Source of the DNA: a virus
Lineage: Duplodnaviria; Caudoviricetes
Length of the DNA stretch: 64,000 nt
IMG/VR virus record: IMGVR_UViG_3300035390_000014
Coordinates: 96,001-160,000 of that record
Strand: one strand, 5' to 3'
Shown: piece by piece, positions 57,395 through 64,000 of the stretch
Layout: each line of letters starts with the position of its first letter
Numbering within the stretch: position 1 is the first letter of the stretch
Position numbers and translations under genes: made by a program
Notes under the pieces: generated by a model
The model's database searches: none
What the model saw: only the letters and a program-made list of their open reading frames with translations
What the model was told of the DNA's origin: nothing

Positions 57395-60300
57395 ATGAAA
57401 ATAATGCAATCATTTGCAGATTGTTTAGGTTGTAAATTAATTGATGCAGATTCATGCATTATGGATACTAATTCAAGAGCTGATTTAACCCAGGTTGATG
57501 TTGTTTTTGTTGCCGAAAATCCAGGTAAGGATGAAATTAAACAAGAGAAACCAATGGTTGGTAGATCAGGAAAAACATTCAGAAAATTTTTTGACCAATA
57601 TATTAAAAAAGATTATAAATGGCTATTAACCAATGCTGTTATGTGTTTAACATTAGATGAAAAAGGTAATACAGGAACTCCTGATGACGAAACAATTGAA
57701 AGATGTAAAGTAAATTGTTTTAATATAATTAAAACTTGTAAACCAAAATTGATAGTACTTCTTGGGACTAGTCCAATGAAAGCATTTGGTATTGCTGAAA
57801 ATGGAGTAACCAAAAGACGTGGTCAATTTTTTAAATGGGAAGGGTTTGATGTTCTATTAACAATTCATCCAAGTTATGTTAATAGGGATAGAAAAGAAAG
57901 AGAACCTATATTTGAAGAAGATATAAAAACTGCGGCTGAGTTTCTTAGTTCTGATGAAGTGGGAAGTTTTGATCTTACTCCAAAAACAGCATTTACTAAT
58001 GATAGTTTAGCAGTTGGTAATAAAGGAATCTATAGATATCAAATACCAAAAAAGTTTTACACAGAAGACTATAGATTGGTTGATATACAATTCCTGAGTC
58101 GAGCTGAGAAGGTCTTATACATTTTTAGGGATAAGGATAACAATAAAGTATATCACACTGAAAATGATGACTATTACTGTTATCAATCACCTGCTGATGT
58201 TGAGGCAAGAAAGATTGTGTCTTATGATAAATTAGATATTGTTAAATTGCCTTATAAAGATAAAATAAAATTAAATAGTGATATAACATATGAAGGTGAT
58301 TTAAGAATAACTGTTAAACATGCCTTTGATTACTATGCCCAAAACAAAGGTGAAGCAAAAAGAATATCATCTAATATTATGTTTTGTGATATTGAAATTG
58401 ATGTTGGAATTAACAATCAAACATTTCCTCAACCAAGTGAAGCATTGTATCCAGTTGATTTAATCACAAGCATATTTCAAACACCTAAAAAGAAAATTTG
58501 TTATATATTGGATAATGGGTCAGAAGAAATTAAACCAATTGAAGATGTTGAATTTAAAATCTTTAAAAATGAAAAGAATTTAATTTTAGCATGGATTAGA
58601 GATTTTAAATTTTATGATCCTGATTTTATGTCTGGTTGGAATTTTATTGGTTTTGATATGGAATATATGTTCAACAGAATGAAGAGACTTAAAATTCCAA
58701 TTTCAACTATGTCAAAATTTAAAGAGTTTTATTGTGATGGTGAAAGATTTTTATGTAAGTTACCTGGTTGTATTGTATTGGATCAGATGCATCTTTATAA
58801 AATGTTTACCTTTACTAAAATGGAAAATTATAAATTAGACTTTATTGCTTACCATGAATTAAAAAGAAATAAATTGGAGTTGCCTGCAAAGTTTAATAAA
58901 ATGTATTGGGAGCATTTGAATACTCTAATTGAATACAATGTTTTAGATACTGTATTGCTTGAAGAGTTGGAGAATAAAGTAAACCATATTAATCTTTTAA
59001 ATGAGTTGAGGACTATTTGTACTGCAAGTTTTGAAGCAGCTGCTTCACCTCAAAATCAGGTCGATTCAATTGTTGTTAATTTTTTAAGAGAAAAAGGTCT
59101 TTCATCTAAGAATGCTGAAACCCATGCTAAAAAGAAATACCCTGGAGCATTTGTATTAACTCCAGACCCAGGCATTTATGATACAGCAGTTGACTTTGAT
59201 TTTAAATCTCTATATCCATCTCTTATTAGAACTTATAACATTGGACTAAACAACTTTATAATGAGAACAAAAGAACCCATATTAGGTTATGATCTTGCAT
59301 ATAATAGAGATTTACTTCCGGATAAAATTTCAATGATAATGGATCCAATGTTTTCAAATAAAGAAGTTGTAATGAATAAAGAAGATATCTTTAAACAAAT
59401 TGAAGATGAAGAATTGATTCATACAGTTAATGGTTGTTTCTATACTAACCATGAAAAAGAACTTTCTTGGTATAGTTTAATTCTGGAGAATCTTCTTAAT
59501 TCCAGAACCAATTATAAAAACTTAATGTTTAAAGCTAAAGATGAAGGCAACAAAGAATTAAAGGAATTGTATTTTACTAAGCAGTTAGTATATAAGGTTG
59601 TCGCAAATACACTTTATGGTGTCATTGCTAATAAATCATTTAGATTCTTTAATTTAGCTTGTGCAGCAGCTATCACATTAAGTGGGCAAGAGGCATTGAA
59701 AGCTTCTGTTATTGAAGGTAATAATTATATGTCTCATTTAAAAACTGGTGATGCATTAGTTAGAGAACCAATAGCAAGTAAAGTTGAAATGTATCATGAT
59801 CCTGAATCACCAACTGGAGCATTTCCAACAAGAGAATTTGATTATATAATAACAGGAGATACCGATTCAATTTTTTGTTGTTTTGAAGCATTTAAAGGTG
59901 ATAAATCAGATGAAGTAATACATGGACATTGTGGAAAAATTCAAGATTATTTGAATGGTGAAATAATGAAAGAAATAGTTGAAGCTCATAATGTTAGATT
60001 TGAAGAATGTAAATTAGTTTTAAAAAATGAGTTGATTATTTCAAGAGGATTATTTCTTGCTAAAAAGAGATATGCTATTCATGTAACTAATAATGAAGGC
60101 GTTAAATGTGATGAAGTTAATTACATGGGAATTGAAGTTAAAAGGTCCGACTTTCCAAGTCATTCAAAAGTGTTTCTAAAAGAGTTACTTGATATTGTTT
60201 TAAAACAAGAGAATATAACAGTACCAAAACTTTTTAAATTTGTTCATAGTAAAGAAAAAGAGTTTAGAAAATTAATTTTACAAGGAAGTAAAACAGTAGG

Positions 60301-60670
60301 CCGTCCAGTTTCTTTTGGTAAAGAGCTAAAGAAATATAAAACTATACCTCAAGGGGTAAGAGCTATGTTAGCTTTTAATGATATCTCATATACAGCACAT
60401 TACCCTGGTTCGAGGGGATATATGTTTAGGGTTAGAGGGATTGATTATACTAAGGCGCCACAGGAAGTAATTGATAATTACGAAAAGAATTTTATTGTTA
60501 AAGGTAGAAAGTTAGAGGTTATAGCTATACCTGATGAAGAAGATTTTTTGCCAGATTATTATATTCCTGATGTTACAGGTAATCTTGATTTTGCTTATAC
60601 AGCAAGATATAAATTAATGTTGGATCCATTAATTAAAGTCCAACAGGCACAAAGGATATTAACTATATGA
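57395..60670 (+). CDS. family B DNA polymerase with N-terminal family 4 uracil-DNA glycosylase domain
   Basis: UDG: CxxC, AENPGKDE, PMVGRSG, TNAVMC, TIHPSY; exonuclease: CDIEID, GWNFIGFD; polymerase: DFKSLYPS, KVVANTLYG, GDTDS, KKRY. Confidence 0.92.
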   Translation: MKIMQSFADCLGCKLIDADSCIMDTNSRADLTQVDVVFVAENPGKDEIKQEKPMVGRSGKTFRKFFDQYIKKDYKWLLTNAVMCLTLDEKGNTGTPDDETIERCKVNCFNIIKTCKPKLIVLLGTSPMKAFGIAENGVTKRRGQFFKWEGFDVLLTIHPSYVNRDRKEREPIFEEDIKTAAEFLSSDEVGSFDLTPKTAFTNDSLAVGNKGIYRYQIPKKFYTEDYRLVDIQFLSRAEKVLYIFRDKDNNKVYHTENDDYYCYQSPADVEARKIVSYDKLDIVKLPYKDKIKLNSDITYEGDLRITVKHAFDYYAQNKGEAKRISSNIMFCDIEIDVGINNQTFPQPSEALYPVDLITSIFQTPKKKICYILDNGSEEIKPIEDVEFKIFKNEKNLILAWIRDFKFYDPDFMSGWNFIGFDMEYMFNRMKRLKIPISTMSKFKEFYCDGERFLCKLPGCIVLDQMHLYKMFTFTKMENYKLDFIAYHELKRNKLELPAKFNKMYWEHLNTLIEYNVLDTVLLEELENKVNHINLLNELRTICTASFEAAASPQNQVDSIVVNFLREKGLSSKNAETHAKKKYPGAFVLTPDPGIYDTAVDFDFKSLYPSLIRTYNIGLNNFIMRTKEPILGYDLAYNRDLLPDKISMIMDPMFSNKEVVMNKEDIFKQIEDEELIHTVNGCFYTNHEKELSWYSLILENLLNSRTNYKNLMFKAKDEGNKELKELYFTKQLVYKVVANTLYGVIANKSFRFFNLACAAAITLSGQEALKASVIEGNNYMSHLKTGDALVREPIASKVEMYHDPESPTGAFPTREFDYIITGDTDSIFCCFEAFKGDKSDEVIHGHCGKIQDYLNGEIMKEIVEAHNVRFEECKLVLKNELIISRGLFLAKKRYAIHVTNNEGVKCDEVNYMGIEVKRSDFPSHSKVFLKELLDIVLKQENITVPKLFKFVHSKEKEFRKLILQGSKTVGRPVSFGKELKKYKTIPQGVRAMLAFNDISYTAHYPGSRGYMFRVRGIDYTKAPQEVIDNYEKNFIVKGRKLEVIAIPDEEDFLPDYYIPDVTGNLDFAYTARYKLMLDPLIKVQQAQRILTI

Positions 60671-61281
60671 AAGAAATAAGAGATTATGATTGGTATAGTA
60701 ACGAATGGCCATTTTTATTTCAAGTTGAAGATTTAAAAAGAGATTTAAAAACTAATGGAGTTTTGGGTCATTGTAAAAATAAAAATTGTAAACATTCTGT
60801 GGAAAATGATGGATGGTATTTGTTAAATAATGCTGATCTTTATTATAGAAATTGGGGATTAATAAGAAATTGGGATACTTATAATTTTTATTGTAGTCAA
60901 GAATGTAAAGAAGAATGTCCTATATATGGTAAAACAGCTTCCGCATTAATTAAACAATATGGATTAATTATAACTGATAATGATGAAGATGCTGATGAAT
61001 GGGGAAGTGAACCTTATACTTCATCAGAAAAACAAGAGTGGAGAATAAATGTTTTTGAAAGAGAAAATGGGAAGTGTCAATTTTGTGGAGGAAAAGCAAT
61101 ACATGTTCACCATGAAAAACCTGTTAAAACTCACCCAATATTTGCATTAGATCCTGATAATGGTATATGTGCTTGTATTAAATGTCATTATAAATATGGA
61201 CATAAAACAGGAACCCCATGCTCTACTGGAAATTTAGCTCAAACAATTTGTAAAAAAATTGTGAAGGAGGTATCATTATGA
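60667..61281 (+). CDS. HNH endonuclease
   Basis: CQFCG..HVHHEKP..DPDNG.CACIKCH. Confidence 0.8.
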   Translation: MKEIRDYDWYSNEWPFLFQVEDLKRDLKTNGVLGHCKNKNCKHSVENDGWYLLNNADLYYRNWGLIRNWDTYNFYCSQECKEECPIYGKTASALIKQYGLIITDNDEDADEWGSEPYTSSEKQEWRINVFERENGKCQFCGGKAIHVHHEKPVKTHPIFALDPDNGICACIKCHYKYGHKTGTPCSTGNLAQTICKKIVKEVSL

Positions 61282-61489
61282 AAAGAGATTATTCAAATTT
61301 TATTGATGAAACTTATATACATAATGAAGACTTAGTACCATGTATAAAAGAGGAAATTAAAAAAACTATTAAGGAAGATCCTATAGATGATGCAGTTGAA
61401 AATATTATGGAATTAATATTTGAAACTAGATATGAATGGTAGGAAATAATTTAACATAATAAGAACATATTATAAATTAAAGGAGAGCT

Positions 61490-62146
61490 ATGGAAACCGT
61501 TAAGCTAATCGAATGTATTAACACATGGCAGGGAGAAGGTGTAGATACCGGACAAAGAATGTTGTTGTGTAGATTTAAGTATTGTAATAGAAAATGTTCT
61601 TGGTGTGATACTCTTGTTAAAATGAGAGCAGTCCAGGAAGCTGAATTTAAATTGGCCAAACTTCAAGAAATTATAGATGAAGAACGCACTGGTTTAATGA
61701 TAACAGGTGGTGAACCAACATTTTCAAGTCAGTTGCAACAAACAATTTCCATGTTAAATACTTTAGATTATCCTGTTGCTAATGTAGAAACAAATGGTTT
61801 AGGGTTGTTGGAATTGATTAAGGAAGTTAGTCATGATAAAAATGTTCATTATAGTTTTTCACCAAAATTATTCAATGATCAAGATATTGAAGATGCACTT
61901 GACTTAGCAGAAATACTTAGTTCTAACCCTAATGTATTTCTAAAAATTGTATTTGGATATGAAAAATTAACTATAGAATTTATTGAAGATGTTATTAAAT
62001 TCTTTCCTGCAAATAGGATTTATTTAATGCCTCTTGGTAAAGATAGAGATCAAATGTTTGGTAATGCTCCAGACGTATTTGATGCAGCAGAAAAGTATAA
62101 AACTAACATTAGTAGTCGTATGCATCTTGTATATGATTTTGTGTAG
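61490..62146 (+). CDS. queE: 7-carboxy-7-deazaguanine synthase (radical SAM)
   Basis: WQGEG, CNRKCSWCDT, ITGGEP, VETNG. Confidence 0.88.
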   Translation: METVKLIECINTWQGEGVDTGQRMLLCRFKYCNRKCSWCDTLVKMRAVQEAEFKLAKLQEIIDEERTGLMITGGEPTFSSQLQQTISMLNTLDYPVANVETNGLGLLELIKEVSHDKNVHYSFSPKLFNDQDIEDALDLAEILSSNPNVFLKIVFGYEKLTIEFIEDVIKFFPANRIYLMPLGKDRDQMFGNAPDVFDAAEKYKTNISSRMHLVYDFV

Positions 62147-62152
62147 TTTGTT

Positions 62153-62398
62153 ATGAAAAATAAAAAATTAATCGACTGGTTAAGTGAATACCCAGATGAT
62201 TATGATATTAATTTTTCTCAATATACCTCAATAATTGACGAAGATACTGATGAAGAATATTTCATAGTTTTAGATGATCCAATTGTTGGTATATTGAAAA
62301 ATGATGATACTAAAGAAATTCGTTTATTCACAAGATCAAGTAAAGAGAGAGTTGTAAAACAAATAGAATCTGGTGAAAACTGGAAAAAATTAATTTAA
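62153..62398 (+). CDS. hypothetical protein
   Basis: ORF track. Confidence 0.5.
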   Translation: MKNKKLIDWLSEYPDDYDINFSQYTSIIDEDTDEEYFIVLDDPIVGILKNDDTKEIRLFTRSSKERVVKQIESGENWKKLI

Positions 62399-62410
62399 GG
62401 GGAACTAAAA

Positions 62411-62737
62411 ATGGGTATGATTCCAATCGCAGTAGGTGACAATGTAATTTGTAAGGCAATCGCTGAAAGTATGAAAACAGATGGTGGTCTTTATATTCCA
62501 TCAACTGCACAGAAACAGCTACCACAGAAAAATGCAGTAGTTGTATCAGTTGGTGAAAAATGTGAATCTATTTTTAAAACAGGAGACACAGTAGTTGTAC
62601 ATCAGCAAGCTGGACAAGCAATGGTATATGGTAAAGATGTTTATATGGTTTTTAAAGAACCAGAAATTTATGGTATTGTAGATAGAGCTGAGATGACCGA
62701 AGCAGAGGCTATTGACGAAACTATGAAACGTAGATAA
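62411..62737 (+). CDS. groES: co-chaperonin GroES
   Basis: P.GDNV..KTDGGLYIP..VVSVG..GDTV. Confidence 0.8.
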   Translation: MGMIPIAVGDNVICKAIAESMKTDGGLYIPSTAQKQLPQKNAVVVSVGEKCESIFKTGDTVVVHQQAGQAMVYGKDVYMVFKEPEIYGIVDRAEMTEAEAIDETMKRR

Positions 62738-62795
62738 ATAAAAATGGGGAAGTGTTATAGATATTTAATAACACTTCCCTTTTAAGGAGAATAAA

Positions 62796-63143
62796 ATGGG
62801 TGAAAAACCATATATAGAAACTAAGCGAATTATGATTGATAGAAAATATAATCCTAAGTATGGTGACGATAAAATTTGTAAATGTGGTCATCCATATTAT
62901 AGACATTTTGATAGTTATGAAAATATGAACCCTTGTGGTTGTAAATATTGTGATTGTTTTACATTTGAATTAAAAATAAATGTTGTTAATTATTTAGTTC
63001 ATATTACTGATACTGGTAGACGAACGATTGAATGTGAAACGAAAGAACAAGTTTACGATGCCCTTGGTGAAACATCATTAGGAGCATTATATGAAGTAAC
63101 TAGTCCTACTGGTAAAGATATAGAAGAATTTATTCCATTTTAA
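62796..63143 (+). CDS. hypothetical protein
   Basis: CKCGH.Y.RH..C.C motif. Confidence 0.55.
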   Translation: MGEKPYIETKRIMIDRKYNPKYGDDKICKCGHPYYRHFDSYENMNPCGCKYCDCFTFELKINVVNYLVHITDTGRRTIECETKEQVYDALGETSLGALYEVTSPTGKDIEEFIPF

Positions 63144-63153
63144 GGAGAAAAAA

Positions 63154-63819
63154 ATGATTTTAGTGAAACCAAGTTTTGAGATTAGAACTGATCTCGATGG
63201 TATGAAAATGCTTAGAAACATTGAAGAAGCTGGTAGAGTATGTTATAAATCAGAAGATAAAATTACTGATGAATCTGCTGAAAAATTTGTGAGAGGAATT
63301 ATAAAAAGTGGTCATCATTCAGTGATTGAACATGAATCATTGAGCGTTAAATTTATTTGCGACCGTGGTGTTACTCATGAAATGGTAAGACATAGACTTG
63401 CTGCTTATTCTCAAGAAAGTACTAGATATTGTAACTATGGTAAAGATAAATTTAAAAATCAAGTTACTTATATTATTCCGGTTTGGTCAAATATTCCAGA
63501 AGGAGTGTACAACGATACATATATTTGTAAAACAGGCGGTGAACAAATATGGTTTAATGCTATGCTTAATTTAGAACAAGATTATTTAAATCTTTTAAAT
63601 GTAGGTTGGGTTCCTCAACAGGCTAGATCTATTCTTCCAAACTCATTAAAAACTGAAATTGTAATGACATGTAACGTTAGAGAGTGGAGACATGTATTCA
63701 ATTTAAGAACTTCAATGGCCGCTCACCCTCAAATTGTTGAAGTTATGAAACCACTACAACAAAAACTTCAAGAGATGGTCCCAGTAATTTTTGATCAGGA
63801 AAAGAAAGTTAATAAATAG
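63154..63819 (+). CDS. thyX: FAD-dependent thymidylate synthase
   Basis: GHHSVIEH, HEMVRHRLAAYSQESTRY, ARSILP. Confidence 0.95.
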   Translation: MILVKPSFEIRTDLDGMKMLRNIEEAGRVCYKSEDKITDESAEKFVRGIIKSGHHSVIEHESLSVKFICDRGVTHEMVRHRLAAYSQESTRYCNYGKDKFKNQVTYIIPVWSNIPEGVYNDTYICKTGGEQIWFNAMLNLEQDYLNLLNVGWVPQQARSILPNSLKTEIVMTCNVREWRHVFNLRTSMAAHPQIVEVMKPLQQKLQEMVPVIFDQEKKVNK

Positions 63820-63828
63820 AGGTAACTA

Positions 63829-64000
63829 ATGGAAATTATATCCAAAGACATTAAAATAAATAAAGATCTTTTTGATCAAACTTATCCTTTACTAGATAAG
63901 TTTAAAACTTTAGCTCCAGGCACATTTAAACATTCCCAAAATGTAGTTAATATGTGTGAAACTGTAGCTGTTGAATTAGGACTTAATGTCGATGTTTTAA
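63829..64000 (+). CDS. partial HD-domain protein
   Basis: TFKHSQNV..MCETVA.ELGL resembles an HDIG N-terminus; truncated by the window edge. Confidence 0.5.
   Translation, partial: MEIISKDIKINKDLFDQTYPLLDKFKTLAPGTFKHSQNVVNMCETVAVELGLNVDVL

Noticed and set aside
92-62906. Most other minus-strand track ORFs, and alternate-frame + ORFs such as 47804-48226
   Set aside because: They overlap well-supported + strand genes, lack RBSs and have Phe/Ile/Ser-rich antisense composition
1-64000. Full TAG recoding (genetic code 15)
   Set aside because: Polymerase, HldE, CCA enzyme and other long genes are intact under code 11, and TAG occurs at plausible gene ends

Overview
AT-rich, almost entirely + strand segment of a large (jumbo-type) tailed phage genome. 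The host is probably a diderm bacterium; a Desulfobacterota/deltaproteobacterial host is an inference only. Replication and nucleotide genes: family B DNA polymerase with a fused N-terminal uracil-DNA glycosylase domain, dUTPase, ThyX, dCMP deaminase, MazG, NUDIX, DUF5664. Modification and sugar genes: QueC, QueE, HldE, a nucleotide-sugar dehydrogenase, an epimerase, glycosyltransferases and a PIG-L deacetylase. There is also a GH108 endolysin and about 10 HNH, GIY-YIG or PD-(D/E)xK endonucleases. The translation/RNA complement is large: 29 tRNA-type genes covering all 20 amino acids (including an amber suppressor, Ile-UAU and four with unexpected long variable arms), a complete tmRNA, a CCA enzyme, and ArfB-like and Pth2-like proteins. 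Top candidates for novelty: (1) five Y-RNA-like ncRNAs sharing a covarying stem with a conserved internal loop; four carry a tRNA cloverleaf joined at three different points and one carries a hairpin only, all directly upstream of a TROVE-like/vWA + ARPP-like gene pair; (2) an endonuclease gene with an in-frame UGA at a conserved Cys followed by a SECIS-like hairpin; (3) two c-di-GMP-I (GEMM) riboswitches in front of secreted-protein genes. All calls come from manual motif reading and base-pairing; no database searches were run.
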